Assembly: GCF_001194135.2 (NCBI RefSeq)
Contig: NC_068986.1
Location: forward strand, 112,449,512 to 112,513,511
Length of the DNA: 64,000 nucleotides
DNA from: Octopus bimaculoides
Lineage: Eukaryota
Direction of reading: 5' to 3'
The notes beneath the pieces are model-generated. The model was not told the DNA's origin. It saw nothing but the letters and a program-made list of their open reading frames with translations, and did not search any database. Positions within the stretch are counted from its first letter, which is position 1. Each line of letters begins with the position of its first letter. Shown here piece after piece: positions 63,849-64,000 of this stretch. Position numbers and translations under genes: made by a program.

Positions 63849-64000
63849 CATTAATCCCTCGATTATCAGGGGTTTTACGTTCCAAAGCACCGCACAGAAA
63901 TGATTAAAATCTAAAAAAAGACATAAATACCTACCACCCGCAGAAAACCGCGATATCCTGAGTGCGCGATAGGTGACCGCCATATGGCATGGGTTTTCTG
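63849..64000. mobile_element. Tigger/pogo-type MITE, second copy
   Basis: ta|cattaatccctcgattatc...cataaatacct...tgagtgcgcgata...ccatatggcatgggttttctg shares both ends and internal blocks with 51721-51914. Confidence 0.6.

Overview
AT-rich eukaryotic DNA full of microsatellites, with many N-gaps each flanked by simple repeats (short-read scaffold). The SINE families and repeat landscape match an Octopus-type cephalopod genome (inference from recognised repeats, not a database search). No complete protein-coding gene, rRNA, genuine tRNA or CRISPR array is supportable. Nearly all ORFs in the track are microsatellite, N-gap or antisense-repeat artefacts. The window is intronic or intergenic and densely filled with mobile-element debris: (i) at least nine R4/Dong-type (restriction-like endonuclease) non-LTR retrotransposon fragments, mostly at (TAA)n tracts, five of them stacked in one orientation at 47.1-50.1 kb; (ii) RTE, CR1/L2 and L1/Tx1-like LINE relics; (iii) a decayed mariner transposase, a pogo/Tigger relic and several MITEs, including a perfect 68-bp TTAA-flanked piggyBac-like palindrome; (iv) about 20 tRNA-derived SINE copies. 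The most notable signal is a ~170-180-bp dispersed element (3 copies) carrying a minimal type I hammerhead ribozyme (CUGANGA...GAAAC-GUU, palindromic stem III), resembling a Penelope-LTR or retrozyme unit. Two of its copies bracket an R4 fragment in mirror orientation. Two weak candidate minus-strand exons (53269-53301, 4657-4783) hint that the window could lie inside a large host gene.
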